A DNA stretch of 35,867 nucleotides from a virus (IMGVR_UViG_3300005805_000236:1-35867); one strand, 5' to 3'; counted from the first letter of the stretch, positions 1 to 11,049 are shown. Translations and numbers: made by a program. Notes: generated by a model from the sequence alone, not told the origin.

Positions 1-1218
1 TTTGGCATGTCACCAATAGCTGATATGTATACATCAGCTAAAAACTTTGCGAGTTACTGGGTCGGAATAGCTAAATTTATTGAAATTGGCATTATAGAAC
101 CAGTAAAAAACATGCCTGCAACAGACAAACTAAAAGAAGTTTCTAATCAATTAGTTGCTGTATCTGCTATATTTAAAAATGTTCGTGATGTGATTGATTC
201 GTTCTCCCAGCAATTAGCACCATTAACTGGAAGCTGGGCAGAAAAATTATTTGCAATGTCTCCTATAGCAAACATTTATTATGCTGCACAAAATTTTGCA
301 TCATATTGGTCTGGCATTGCTGCCTTTATTACTAATGGAATAATACTTCCAATTTCATCTTTGCCAGATTCAAGCTCGTTGGGAGAAATATCAAAAAGTT
401 TGATGGCGGTAGATAATATTTTGGTTGAGGTTAAAAATGTATCTGAATCAATTATAACAAATATTGCTCCACTTACGAGTGGTGGATGGTTTACAAAATC
501 ACCAATACAAAAAATATTTGAAAGCACTAAACAATTTGGCAGTTATTGGACTGGTATCTCTGCGTTTTTAACACATGGCATCATAAACCCAATCATGCAA
601 AATCTACCAAACTCTTCAGAGCTAGTAGAGGCTTTAGCAAGAATTAAGATGGTTGCTGACATTCTTTATGAAATTCAAAAAGCAATGTTCGGAATGTCAT
701 CCGTCATGAAAAGCTTTTCAAGCATGAATCAAGAAGGAATATCGCTTGATTCAATGATTGGCATGGGAGATACGCTTGGAGCTATGTCTACATTAGCTGG
801 CTCTGTAAATGTTCCAATTTCAGGAGGCATGTCAGGAGCTAGTAGCTATACAGATTCTGGTTCTGCTTCTGCAACAGCAATTCCTCCTGCTCCTTCTCTC
901 CAACAAAAAATGCAGCAAGAAATAGCATCTAGCGAACCTAATTCATCAAGTATATCAAGCCCCGAATTGTCTGAAATTGCTTCTCAAACTTACACACAAA
1001 CTGAATTAAACGAAAAAATGGTAGAACTTTTAACTCAAATAAAAGATGCACTAGGCACAGAAGATAATTCAACACCATCTGGTGGAATGGGAATGGATGC
1101 TGATACAACTGCTAGAAAAGTTAGAAACAAACCGTTTATGAACACTAAATGGGCATATGGAGCTTTTGCACAAACTTCTGGTAAACAAGTTACAAACATT
1201 GGATCTGGCACTAAGTAA
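1..1218 (+). CDS. Tape measure protein, C-terminal part (5' truncated; frame is open to the window edge)
   Basis: Amphipathic helical repeats of about 80-83 aa (SPI..Y....F.SYW.GI..F...GII.P at nt 7, 256, 496), then a Ser/Gly/Met-rich tail. Lies directly upstream of baseplate genes, the usual TMP position. Confidence 0.75.
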   Translation, partial: FGMSPIADMYTSAKNFASYWVGIAKFIEIGIIEPVKNMPATDKLKEVSNQLVAVSAIFKNVRDVIDSFSQQLAPLTGSWAEKLFAMSPIANIYYAAQNFASYWSGIAAFITNGIILPISSLPDSSSLGEISKSLMAVDNILVEVKNVSESIITNIAPLTSGGWFTKSPIQKIFESTKQFGSYWTGISAFLTHGIINPIMQNLPNSSELVEALARIKMVADILYEIQKAMFGMSSVMKSFSSMNQEGISLDSMIGMGDTLGAMSTLAGSVNVPISGGMSGASSYTDSGSASATAIPPAPSLQQKMQQEIASSEPNSSSISSPELSEIASQTYTQTELNEKMVELLTQIKDALGTEDNSTPSGGMGMDADTTARKVRNKPFMNTKWAYGAFAQTSGKQVTNIGSGTK

Positions 1219-1226
1219 AGGAAATT

Positions 1227-1805
1227 ATGAAAGCAACAAATAATCAAGGCAAACTCGTCCCTATCAAAGATTGTTTTCTTCAAAGTGACTTGCCTGCTCT
1301 TGGAAAGCTATATGGCAGTACCGATTCTATACGACTTTTCTTTGATAACATTCCTGATATTAATGATAAAAAAGGAGCAAAATACAATGATGAAACTGGA
1401 ATTGGTAGAACCGCTCCTATTAAGGCTTATGCTTACTCAGAAAATAGGACAATTTCCGTTGAGTGTCATTTTTTTGTTCAAGAAAAAACAGATGGATTCA
1501 ATAGTCAATCTGCAAAAGCAATTTTAAGAACTTTAAGATGGTTGGAAGCTCATGTGTATCCCAGACAAGCTTCTGCTCCCTACGCACCACCTCCAATCAT
1601 GCAAATAAAATGCATGAAAAACTTAAGTGAAACACCATTGTGTGTTGTTTTGCTAGATTACACTGTTAAATTTGATGCTCAAGTTCCATGGGATGAAGAA
1701 ACTGGCATACCATACAAGGTAGATGTAAGTTTAAGTTTTGAAGTAGTATACGATTCTGCAGATTTGCCTTTTGCAGAAGAAATTGTTGTGCATGGAGGAA
1801 GATAA
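1227..1805 (+). CDS. Tail tube initiator / CIS-tube-like baseplate protein
   Basis: Motifs I.D.K.A.Y.D...IGR..PI..Y..S.NRTIS, PPP and P.KVDVSLSFEVV are typical of tube-fold proteins following the TMP. SD AAGGA upstream. Confidence 0.65.
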   Translation: MKATNNQGKLVPIKDCFLQSDLPALGKLYGSTDSIRLFFDNIPDINDKKGAKYNDETGIGRTAPIKAYAYSENRTISVECHFFVQEKTDGFNSQSAKAILRTLRWLEAHVYPRQASAPYAPPPIMQIKCMKNLSETPLCVVLLDYTVKFDAQVPWDEETGIPYKVDVSLSFEVVYDSADLPFAEEIVVHGGR

Positions 1806-2128
1806 TGATAAACAAAATAGAAAAATCTACCATTAAAGCAACGCAAATGGTTCCAGCAGGAAGTAGATACGAATCTAATGATGTTATTTATTATGGAGAA
1901 GAAAAGTTTTTAACTTTTCCTTTGTATAGAAGACCATCTATAACCGTTGGAGAAAGAGATAAATACACAATAGTAAATAAATCCACAGAATATAGACCTG
2001 ATTTAGTATCAGAAGATTTTTACGGAACATCTATTTATTGGTGGAAAATTTTAGAAGCAAACAATATTCGTGATATTTGGGATTTTAAATCAGGATTAAG
2101 TATTTGGATACCAGAAAGTTTTTCATGA
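1805..2128 (+). CDS. Baseplate wedge protein, gp53 / LysM / tail-X-like
   Basis: RPDLVSEDFYGTSIYWWKILEANNI matches the RxDxxSxxxYG..WW.I..AN signature. Coupled to the previous gene by TAATG. Confidence 0.8.
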   Translation: MINKIEKSTIKATQMVPAGSRYESNDVIYYGEEKFLTFPLYRRPSITVGERDKYTIVNKSTEYRPDLVSEDFYGTSIYWWKILEANNIRDIWDFKSGLSIWIPESFS

Positions 2129-2135
2129 GGTATAT

Positions 2136-3602
2136 ATGGCTTGTATCACAAATGGCGAAATATCAAAATATTTATGTGGTAAACCTGAAGAACCAAAAAA
2201 AGGTCATGTTTACGCTCCATATGTCGAGCTTAATATTGGAGGTAAATTTTTAGTAAATTGTGGAAATAAATCATTTGAAAAAGATCCACATACTATGGTT
2301 ATAAGTTCCATGCAATATGGTTTGCAAGCTGGTAATGGAGGTATGAAATGTGAGTTCGAAATTCTTGGCGAGGGAGCAGCATCATATAAAACTATAGTGG
2401 AATTGATTAACAAAACAATTAAATTGGCAGAACCAGAGTTAAGAAATACAGAATTTAGATTCGGATGGTTATTGAAAGACTGTATTTCTGGTGTTGTTAC
2501 TAAAAAATTATGTAAACCTATTAAATGTTTAGCAAAAAAAGTTAACACAAATATCGAAAAAGGTATTACAAAAATAAAACTTGAATGTGTAGATCTCATG
2601 GATCGTCACAATGACAGAAGAGTGGAAAAAAATGAAGGTCAAGAAGGTAATTTGAAAACTTTAAAAAGAGCAATAATTGATTTGTGTAACAGCCAAGATC
2701 CAGTAATTCAAGTTGATTTTAGAAATAGAGATGGAGGGCCATTACAATTTGAAATAGAACCAGATGGCATTAAAGCTGTGTGGAAATCAAATGAATTGCC
2801 AATTTTATCAGTGATTAGAAACTGGGTAAGTAAAATAAGAACAAAAGATGAGTACGGAGTATATTTTAAATATGATCCAGAAAAACCTCTTTTAATTATT
2901 CAAGAAGATGATCAATGCAAACCTGATGAAAATTGCAATTGCGATTTTACTGGAAAATCTTACATTGTAAATGGTGGTAATTGTAGTCCTGTAATAGAAT
3001 TTTCTCCAGAAATAGATTGGATATTAGAAGCTGGTGGTTTTGGTGGTTTTCCTAATGCTGCAAATTCTGGACAAATGATAAAAAACAGAGAAGATAAAGA
3101 ATTAAGTCCTATTGAAGCTACAGGAACTGGAAATCAACAAGCTATTCCAAGCGAGTATGATTTTAGCATACCACAAGAAGGTAGAGGTATTTTACTGGAA
3201 AAGTCAACATCAGCACACACCACTGCAAATAAACCATATGATCAAGCAAGAAGTATTAAAGGCGAATTAAAAATCATAGGAGAAATTGATTATTCTAATT
3301 TGGTAGAAACGATAACTAAATATGTTTCAATTGCAGTAATTAGTCCTTTTCAAATTAAAGGAAATGGTCCATGTAGCTGGTTGGCAAAACCACCTTTAAA
3401 TCAGATATTATCAAATAAAAAATGGATGATTATGGGTGTGGACCACCAAATAGAAGCTGGAAAATATGTAACCACACTCTCTGTTAGTTTACCTGTACCA
3501 AATGCGGAATTAAGTGTAAACGATCCTATTGGTGGAGATGGATCAGGAGGTCTTACCATGCCAAATACTGGAGATGGTACATTCCGTGGTGAAAATGAAT
3601 AA
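2136..3602 (+). CDS. Baseplate hub protein (gp27 / late control D-like)
   Basis: Sits between the LysM-like and spike genes. Contains FRFGW and a C-terminal W.IMGVDHQIEAGKYVTTLSV strand typical of hub proteins. SD GAGG. Confidence 0.65.
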   Translation: MACITNGEISKYLCGKPEEPKKGHVYAPYVELNIGGKFLVNCGNKSFEKDPHTMVISSMQYGLQAGNGGMKCEFEILGEGAASYKTIVELINKTIKLAEPELRNTEFRFGWLLKDCISGVVTKKLCKPIKCLAKKVNTNIEKGITKIKLECVDLMDRHNDRRVEKNEGQEGNLKTLKRAIIDLCNSQDPVIQVDFRNRDGGPLQFEIEPDGIKAVWKSNELPILSVIRNWVSKIRTKDEYGVYFKYDPEKPLLIIQEDDQCKPDENCNCDFTGKSYIVNGGNCSPVIEFSPEIDWILEAGGFGGFPNAANSGQMIKNREDKELSPIEATGTGNQQAIPSEYDFSIPQEGRGILLEKSTSAHTTANKPYDQARSIKGELKIIGEIDYSNLVETITKYVSIAVISPFQIKGNGPCSWLAKPPLNQILSNKKWMIMGVDHQIEAGKYVTTLSVSLPVPNAELSVNDPIGGDGSGGLTMPNTGDGTFRGENE

Positions 3603-3622
3603 GAACGCAATAAGGATATAAA

Positions 3623-5875
3623 ATGAGTTTGAGTCAGAAAATAGCTGATTTAGAAAGAAAGATAGAAAGTTTATATTTTCAACTTGGTGATGTTGATTAT
3701 TCTACTAAAGCCATAGCTAGATCTGATCAACAAAATAAAAGACCAGATACTAAAGATATGTTTTTTGGTGTGATGATTGGTTTGGTAGTGGAGACTATTG
3801 ATATATGGAAACAAAATAGAATTAAGTTTTTTCATCCAAAATTACATAGACCAGACATCAAAATCCAAGAATTGCCTTGGGCAAATCCCATATCATCTAT
3901 GGGAGGATTTGATGATAGCGGTTTAAGTTGGGTTCCTCCAGCAGGGTCATCGGTAGCCCTAGTGTTCGAGTCTGGTGATCGATCATCTGCTTTTTATATT
4001 GGCACAATTTGGCAAAGAAATAGAGGACCACAAGGTAACCACAATTGGGGTGTAAACCACCTCATGACAGAATATCTAAGAATTCACGAAGGACATAGAA
4101 AAGGATATTTAGTAGGGCCAAATGATGAATCACAAGCTTTACCTCCATGGAACACAGAATCTTATAATGGATTCGATTTAACTTCTGTTTTAGATTTTTC
4201 AGAAAAACCAGAAGTTCAAAAGCTTATAACATATCCAAATATTTATGGATTTAAAACTCCAGAAAAACATATGTTAAAAATGGTTGATGGAGATCCAAAA
4301 TGTAATAGAAGATGGAAAAGAATTGAGTTGATGTCAAGCACTGGAAATTGGCTGATGCTCAAAGACGATCATTTGCATTACGGTGGTCAGTGGGCGCACC
4401 CAGATTGTAGAGTAACTTTTCCAAACACAGATGAATTAGTTGAAGATGGAGATGTTAGTTGCTTAGCTTCTGTCAAAGAACAAAACCCAAATGAAGATTT
4501 AGCAAGACAAATAGGACTTGACAGAGGTATTGTTGCAACTGACAGAGGTGAGAATGTAAACAATGAAGATTATACCAATATTGGTGCATCTGCAAGAGCA
4601 TTAGCTACTCAAGAACAAAAAGCAAGAGAAATTGTACCTGACCCTATAAACACTGACGAGATACCTATTTGTGGAAAATTGATTACAGAAACCCCTGTGC
4701 CTGCATTTACAAGTAATGCAAGAACAGGACATCCAAAATCAACACATTATAAAGAACAAAAAGGTCAAAACCCTTATTTCAAACACGAAAATGAATGTCG
4801 TCCATACAAAGGACCAGAAACTCCTCAGAATAACACATGTGATCTTCCACAAACTGGCGTTCAGTTAATGTCTGTTTCTGGTCATACATTTGTTATGGAT
4901 GATTCAGTGCGACATCCTTTTGGTATTCCAGATTGGGAAAGAAGTACGAAGCCATTTAGTTTTGGTGGCGATAATACTTTTGAAGGAAGAACATATATTA
5001 AATCTGCTACAGGCCACATGATTGAATTAAGTGACTTGGAAGAAGAAGCGGAAATTAGAAGTGAATGGAATGGAATCAAACTTCTGACTGCTTTTGGAAA
5101 TAGAATTGAATTAAATGATCACGAAAAAGAAAGATGTATAGCTGGCAAGCATCGTGGTATTAGCATGCAAACCACAAGTGAGCATCAATTCGAAATGATT
5201 GATGAAGATTTGGAATATTGTTTTGACAAAAGAAAAAGTTTAAGTCCAGAAAAACAAAACGAGGAGCAAGATCCAGTTGGGCATGGTGGCGACCCAAAAC
5301 CTTTAGCTAAAAAAGCTTACATTAAAATTAGATCTGGTTATGGTCTTGAATTTTTAATGAAAGACGATTTTGATCAGTTGCGAACTGACCAACAATTTAT
5401 TCAAATATATTGCCCCCATTACGAAAATTGTCGTGGTCCTCACATTCACAGGTTTCAAGAAAAACAATCTGGTCCGGGTTATGTTTTTCTGAGGGTTGCT
5501 GGTAATCATATTGTTGCAACCACAGATGATCATATAGAAGTGATTGGAGAAATTGGTGGTTGTAGCGAAGCAGCAAATAAAATAGAAATCATTAGCAATT
5601 TCAAGCTTGTTTACACTAAAAATTACTATGTCAATATGACAGATAAATCACATATATTCTTGGCAAAAGAATTTATTGCTCTATTGGCAGGCACTGATGG
5701 AGAAGATGGATCTCCTAAATTGGGTAGAATATTGATGTATGACACATCAACAGGTGCAATTCGAGCAAGTTCAAAAATTATTGGAAGTTTAGGCGAGAAA
5801 GATCCTTGCATGAGCATATTTAGTTTGTTGCCATTTGCGAAAAACAAATGTGATAGTGACGAGGAACAAACATGA
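3623..5875 (+). CDS. Baseplate central spike, gp5/VgrG-like (OB-fold plus beta-helix repeats)
   Basis: OB-fold signature G.V.ET.D...NRIK..P......LPWA.P....GG....G..WVPP.GSSV.LVFE.GD....YIG, then repeated S.TGH..(M/L).D strands. Confidence 0.8.
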   Translation: MSLSQKIADLERKIESLYFQLGDVDYSTKAIARSDQQNKRPDTKDMFFGVMIGLVVETIDIWKQNRIKFFHPKLHRPDIKIQELPWANPISSMGGFDDSGLSWVPPAGSSVALVFESGDRSSAFYIGTIWQRNRGPQGNHNWGVNHLMTEYLRIHEGHRKGYLVGPNDESQALPPWNTESYNGFDLTSVLDFSEKPEVQKLITYPNIYGFKTPEKHMLKMVDGDPKCNRRWKRIELMSSTGNWLMLKDDHLHYGGQWAHPDCRVTFPNTDELVEDGDVSCLASVKEQNPNEDLARQIGLDRGIVATDRGENVNNEDYTNIGASARALATQEQKAREIVPDPINTDEIPICGKLITETPVPAFTSNARTGHPKSTHYKEQKGQNPYFKHENECRPYKGPETPQNNTCDLPQTGVQLMSVSGHTFVMDDSVRHPFGIPDWERSTKPFSFGGDNTFEGRTYIKSATGHMIELSDLEEEAEIRSEWNGIKLLTAFGNRIELNDHEKERCIAGKHRGISMQTTSEHQFEMIDEDLEYCFDKRKSLSPEKQNEEQDPVGHGGDPKPLAKKAYIKIRSGYGLEFLMKDDFDQLRTDQQFIQIYCPHYENCRGPHIHRFQEKQSGPGYVFLRVAGNHIVATTDDHIEVIGEIGGCSEAANKIEIISNFKLVYTKNYYVNMTDKSHIFLAKEFIALLAGTDGEDGSPKLGRILMYDTSTGAIRASSKIIGSLGEKDPCMSIFSLLPFAKNKCDSDEEQT

Positions 5876-6300
5876 TCAAAATACAAAGTTTTAAAGGCAT
5901 ACCTTATCCGATTACTAAAACACCTAGAGGTTTTTTTTACATTCAATATGGTGTCGATCAGATTAAATCTGATCTAATTGCTCTCTTATTGACAAATCCT
6001 AGAGAGAGAGTAATGTTGGCTAATTACGGCACACCTTTAAGAAAAATTTTATTTAGTCCAAATGATCCAGTAACTGTTCGTGAAACCAGAGATATGATTG
6101 CTAATTCTATTCAAACTTGGGAACCAAGAGTTGCTATAGAAAACATATATATTCAAAGTGGTTTAGACAGGGATAGTGCAAATCCATACGATGAAGATCC
6201 TACAAATGAGAGTGTATTGTTAATTAGAATCACATTCTTTGATAGGTTGGAAATAACCAAGATACAAGAATTGAAATTAGAGATTCCACTGGGAGCATAA
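5872..6300 (+). CDS. Baseplate wedge protein, gp25/GPW family
   Basis: IKSDLIALLLTNPRERVMLANYGTPLRKILF and IQTWEPRV are canonical gp25 motifs. ATGA overlap with the spike gene. Confidence 0.92.
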   Translation: MIKIQSFKGIPYPITKTPRGFFYIQYGVDQIKSDLIALLLTNPRERVMLANYGTPLRKILFSPNDPVTVRETRDMIANSIQTWEPRVAIENIYIQSGLDRDSANPYDEDPTNESVLLIRITFFDRLEITKIQELKLEIPLGA

Positions 6301-6301
6301 G

Positions 6302-7858
6302 ATGACGACAAATTGTCCTTTCAACATAAAACCTTACGCAACCTCTGAAATTATAGGTAAGCCAAATGTTTTCAACATGAATTATACAAACCAAGATTTT
6401 TGGTCCATGAAAACAAGATTGGTTGAATTTACGCAACAAAAATTTGGCAACGAATTTACTGATTTTGTAGAATCTTCATTAGCAATCATGCTTATTGAAA
6501 ATTGGGCATTTGTAGCTGATACTTTATCTTTCAAATTAGATCAAATTGCCAATGAAATTTTTATAGATACCGTTGCAGAAATAGACAACGCTTTTAGACT
6601 ATGCAAGTTAGTTGGTTACAATCCTCAACCACCAATTGCAGCAAAAAGTTATTGGACAGCATCATTAAACAACGCCATAACAACAGATTTGTATGTGCCA
6701 ACTCCAATTCGTATTGAAGTAAATGGAGGAGGCACACCAATAACCATAGAATTATTTGCTTCTGATTCAGAAGGCAATCCTTTGTTTGATGATGAAATAT
6801 TGATTCCTGCCAACAGTATTGTCAACGCAAGTGTTGTAGGATTAGAAGGTACAACAAGACTTGAGGAAATATCTGGTACTGGGGCAAGAAATCAAACGGT
6901 TCAAACTAGATATCAATCTATTATTTATGATTCTATGAAAGTTGAAGTGGATGGAGTTTTATGGAATAGAGTTGATTATTTTACTGAGTCGCAACCATTA
7001 CGAGAATATCGAGTCGAGTTCGATTCAAATTTTTCTGCATTTGTTATTTTTGGTAACGGAGTAGCAGGTATGGTCCCTTCAGTTGGTTCTGCAATTCGTT
7101 TGACTTACAGAAATGGAGGTGGAACGGTTGGCAATTTGGTTTCTAATGCGACTCAACAAAGCATACTTGTCGATGTTCCCGGATTAGGTTTTCCAGTTCC
7201 AGTATTTTTAAATAATTACACTAAAGCTCAGTATGGATATGATGGCGACACCATAGACGATATAAAAAGAAAATTGCCAATGTATCTTAGAACTCAAGAT
7301 CGTGCTGTTACTGGTTTGGATTATAAAACATTGGCTGATTTATTTGTATCTCCGTATCAAGGCCAAATAGGTAAATCCATAGCTGTTTTAAGAAATCATG
7401 GATGTGCAGCCAATATTATTGATATTTACATCTTAGCAAGACAAAATGAAAATGGTTTAGAAACTGCTAGCGATCAATTAAAGACAGAATTGTTTACGCA
7501 TCTTGAATCAAAAAAAATGATAACAGATTACATTTGTATCAAAGATGGTTTTGTTGTGAATGTAGATGTCAATATATCCATTACTATTGATAAATTTTAC
7601 AGAAAATTTGAAGATGAAATAAGAGTTAAAATACTTAACAGAACAGATAATTTTTTTAGTATTAATCGCTGGGAGTACGGACAAACTCTTAAAGAAAACG
7701 ATTTGATAAAAGAATTTTCTGACATAAAAGAAATTAAGTCTGTCGATGTGACATTCAACACAGACGATATTACACTTGGAGCTACCAACATAGTCACAAC
7801 TAAGTTTTATGAAATTATAAGATCTGATATTATCGAATTAGGATTCGTTTACGAATAA
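6302..7858 (+). CDS. Baseplate wedge protein, gp6 / baseplate J-like
   Basis: YTNQDFWSMK, TDFVESS..MLIE..AF.AD.LSFKLD..ANE.FI.T, LVGY.P, FGNGVAG.VP and QDRAVT..DY are T4 gp6-like motifs. Confidence 0.9.
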   Translation: MTTNCPFNIKPYATSEIIGKPNVFNMNYTNQDFWSMKTRLVEFTQQKFGNEFTDFVESSLAIMLIENWAFVADTLSFKLDQIANEIFIDTVAEIDNAFRLCKLVGYNPQPPIAAKSYWTASLNNAITTDLYVPTPIRIEVNGGGTPITIELFASDSEGNPLFDDEILIPANSIVNASVVGLEGTTRLEEISGTGARNQTVQTRYQSIIYDSMKVEVDGVLWNRVDYFTESQPLREYRVEFDSNFSAFVIFGNGVAGMVPSVGSAIRLTYRNGGGTVGNLVSNATQQSILVDVPGLGFPVPVFLNNYTKAQYGYDGDTIDDIKRKLPMYLRTQDRAVTGLDYKTLADLFVSPYQGQIGKSIAVLRNHGCAANIIDIYILARQNENGLETASDQLKTELFTHLESKKMITDYICIKDGFVVNVDVNISITIDKFYRKFEDEIRVKILNRTDNFFSINRWEYGQTLKENDLIKEFSDIKEIKSVDVTFNTDDITLGATNIVTTKFYEIIRSDIIELGFVYE

Positions 7859-7863
7859 AAAAA

Positions 7864-10800
7864 ATGGCACAAAAAAGAATTTCAGAAAATCCGAAAATAA
7901 CAGATGAAATCATTTTTGAATTCACAACTCCAGATGATGATGGTTGTTTGTTGGCCGATCCATACAAAGTAGATAAAATTGTAATATATTTTATTGAAAG
8001 AAGTTTTGTAGATGCCACTACAAGCACTTATAATCAAAAAATTTACGATACTGAAAAATTAGAAGCCACTATAACTGCAGAAAAACTAGCATGTGTGACA
8101 CCAACTGAAACCAATATATTTAATGCAAAAAAATTAAGAGCAGATTTAGAAGCTAGTGTGTCGCATCAAGATTTTTATTATAAAGATGCAAACCCGGTGT
8201 TTACTTTAGGTAATGAAGATTTTCCAGCTTGGTTATCTACAGATGTTGACAATGCTTTAATCGAAAAAGTATCATTAGATGCCGAAGGCAATACCATTTA
8301 TGGAAATTTTAAGTATATATGGGATGCACAAGGATATCGTGAAGGAGATTATTTTGTATGCTACACTTGGACATCTGTAATTGCAGGAACAACCAAAAGC
8401 AGTCATGAAAAATTTCACATTTTGGGTGATTCAAGTGCCAGCAGTAATCCATCACATTTTACAGTTGCTGAAAAATATGCAACTTTGTTAGAAAAATACA
8501 CTCCAGAAATATTCAAAACAAGATTCAGTGAATTTGATAGAACTCCAGATGTTCTCCAAAAATTGAATAATGCAACTGCTGATGGATTTACAATTTTAGA
8601 AAACTATGCAAATCAAATTATCGATTTGTTTGATGCAAATGTTTTAAACGAAAAATTACTTCCTTTTTTATCAAATCTTTTTAGTCTTAAATTAAAGTCG
8701 TCAGATCCATATTTGTGGCGAAGACAAATAAAAAGAGCTATACCTGTTTTTAAAAAGAAAGGAACAACTCAAGGTTTAATAGAGTCATTAGACCAAGCAG
8801 GAATAAAATTTTTAAAATACACAAGATTGTGGCAGGTCATAAGTAACTTTACTTGGCAGGAAGTGTTTGCATATGATGGAAGCACATCATCGTTTGTACT
8901 TGAAAAAACAGCATTAGCTCTGGATTACGATAACTTTGAATTGTATATTCGTTATAAAGATAGCGAAACATGGGTAACATTAACTGCCGATTACATTAAT
9001 TTTACAGTGATTGACGGTGTTTCTGTTTTACAATGGGTTGGAAACACTCTTTCAGTATCTCCAATTTCTTTAACAGTCGGAGATTCAATAAGAGTAATTT
9101 ACAAATACAGAGAAGTTAACAATGCCACTGAACAATCTATAGAAGATTATGTAAGAACTTTACCTCTTTCTGATTCTAGAGACGAAAGAGATCAAGACTA
9201 CCCATTAAAAAATTGGAATGTTCGTCTTATAGAAGAAACTGATCCTTTATTTGATATAATTATTCCCACTAAAAATCCATTTCACGATGATGTCATATTT
9301 GGAAAAGTAAGAACTGAGTTTCCTTTCTCTGAAAACATCTACAATATGGAAGAATATAATGGAAGTATTAGAAATTCAAAAAATCCATGTGATATAGATA
9401 AAAATTTTCTTGATCCTTGTTTTAGTAGTTTAAGTAGCAAATATACTATAGACCTTGAAATTAAAAATTTAAGTGATGATAGAATTTTAGAAGCATATGA
9501 AGTTTTAAATGAATCATTGCCTTTTCACGCTGTTCTTCATGTGATGAATGTATACGGTGGATTAGAAGAAGCAATAACTCCTCCTGTTGAAAACATAGAG
9601 GCATTATTATCATACAGATTAGAGGAATATGTAATATCAGGAAGTGGTCAAATGTGGTTCAATCGAGCAATGAAAGGTGGTTTGAGTACTTATCAAATTT
9701 TAAGAAACGCATTGGCTTCTTCTTCACTTGTAGATTCTGGTACTGGACTTGCATATAATGATAAAGTGGTTTTGTTTTCTCCAGAAGTCAAATTTAGTCA
9801 AATCAATGTTTTAGACGATGGAAATGCAATTTTAAAAATTTTAAGTGGTACTTTGGCTGGTGAATACAATGTTGTAAATGCCGTTGGAAATACAATTGAA
9901 GTTAGTTCAGTTACCGAACCTTTAAATGAAACAAACTCATTATTTCCAACTTCTTTATATGGACTTGATTCCCGTGCTTTTCCTTTCAGGATTTCAAATC
10001 CTGTTGACTCTACTAGCAGCATTAACATTTATCAAGATAATCTATATGTTTTTTCTGATGATACTCAAGACTTAACTAATTTTAAATCTCTTTGGGATGT
10101 AACTGAAGGATATACCACAGGATCATGGAAAATAAAGATTGCAGCTTATTCTGCAACGCCATATGATATTGTTAATATTCAACCTGATGGAACCATTGTT
10201 TTAGAAAACGATGGAACTTTACCAACTACCACTGCAAGCAACATTACATATGAAGCATATGATAAAGACAACACATTGTTGTTTTCATCTGTTGATGGAG
10301 TTTTAACTGTCACCGCAAGAGGTAGAACTGAGGTTTTGAACACAGATTTGCATGATGTTAAAAATATATATCAAGTTGGTTTTTACCAAAAAATATCTGG
10401 TGTAGAGTATAAAATAAGTGGATTTGTTACTGGCACTGATGATCAATTTTATATTGATGGATACACTGGTGGAGATGTGATTGGCACAAGTTTAGATATT
10501 TATCAAAGAGTTGTTGATTCAAAAATAGGATATATGAGTCACAAAGGTCACAAAATTCAAATAAGTGGAAATTTAGAATCATCTCTAGGCATTCCTAATG
10601 GTGCAAATAATTTGATTGCCACGCCTTTAGAAAATGATTATTTTAAAGAAAATCATCTGATAGAAATCGATGGAAATGTTTACTTTATTGCAGAAATAAA
10701 TGGAAACGATCCTGTTGGATATACAACGATTACTTTGGAAGGTATTGATAATTACTGGCAAACATTGAGTGCTGGCGGTACATCAAAATCTTACAGTATT

Positions 10801-11049
10801 TATCGATACACAAAAACACAAAATATTGATATATTGGGTCAACAATTCGATTTGCCAGATGTAACATTTGCTCGTCTAGATCGCAGAGGCTCTGAAATGA
10901 TAGGCAATACTGAAGAAACTAATCCTTCAATGTATATTTTGAAAGACAACAATAAAAAAGATAATTTTGAAGAAACATTAAAGCAAAAAGAAAAAATTCA
11001 ATTTATAATAGATTATCAAGATGGAACAACGCAGAAAGGTGATTTATGA
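7864..11049 (+). CDS. Large baseplate wedge protein (gp7 / P2 gpI-like domain with beta-rich extensions)
   Basis: LPFLSNLFSLKL....WRRQIKRAIPVFKKKGT.QGL resembles the tail protein I domain; later LNESLPFHAVL. Follows gp6. Confidence 0.7.
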   Translation: MAQKRISENPKITDEIIFEFTTPDDDGCLLADPYKVDKIVIYFIERSFVDATTSTYNQKIYDTEKLEATITAEKLACVTPTETNIFNAKKLRADLEASVSHQDFYYKDANPVFTLGNEDFPAWLSTDVDNALIEKVSLDAEGNTIYGNFKYIWDAQGYREGDYFVCYTWTSVIAGTTKSSHEKFHILGDSSASSNPSHFTVAEKYATLLEKYTPEIFKTRFSEFDRTPDVLQKLNNATADGFTILENYANQIIDLFDANVLNEKLLPFLSNLFSLKLKSSDPYLWRRQIKRAIPVFKKKGTTQGLIESLDQAGIKFLKYTRLWQVISNFTWQEVFAYDGSTSSFVLEKTALALDYDNFELYIRYKDSETWVTLTADYINFTVIDGVSVLQWVGNTLSVSPISLTVGDSIRVIYKYREVNNATEQSIEDYVRTLPLSDSRDERDQDYPLKNWNVRLIEETDPLFDIIIPTKNPFHDDVIFGKVRTEFPFSENIYNMEEYNGSIRNSKNPCDIDKNFLDPCFSSLSSKYTIDLEIKNLSDDRILEAYEVLNESLPFHAVLHVMNVYGGLEEAITPPVENIEALLSYRLEEYVISGSGQMWFNRAMKGGLSTYQILRNALASSSLVDSGTGLAYNDKVVLFSPEVKFSQINVLDDGNAILKILSGTLAGEYNVVNAVGNTIEVSSVTEPLNETNSLFPTSLYGLDSRAFPFRISNPVDSTSSINIYQDNLYVFSDDTQDLTNFKSLWDVTEGYTTGSWKIKIAAYSATPYDIVNIQPDGTIVLENDGTLPTTTASNITYEAYDKDNTLLFSSVDGVLTVTARGRTEVLNTDLHDVKNIYQVGFYQKISGVEYKISGFVTGTDDQFYIDGYTGGDVIGTSLDIYQRVVDSKIGYMSHKGHKIQISGNLESSLGIPNGANNLIATPLENDYFKENHLIEIDGNVYFIAEINGNDPVGYTTITLEGIDNYWQTLSAGGTSKSYSIYRYTKTQNIDILGQQFDLPDVTFARLDRRGSEMIGNTEETNPSMYILKDNNKKDNFEETLKQKEKIQFIIDYQDGTTQKGDL

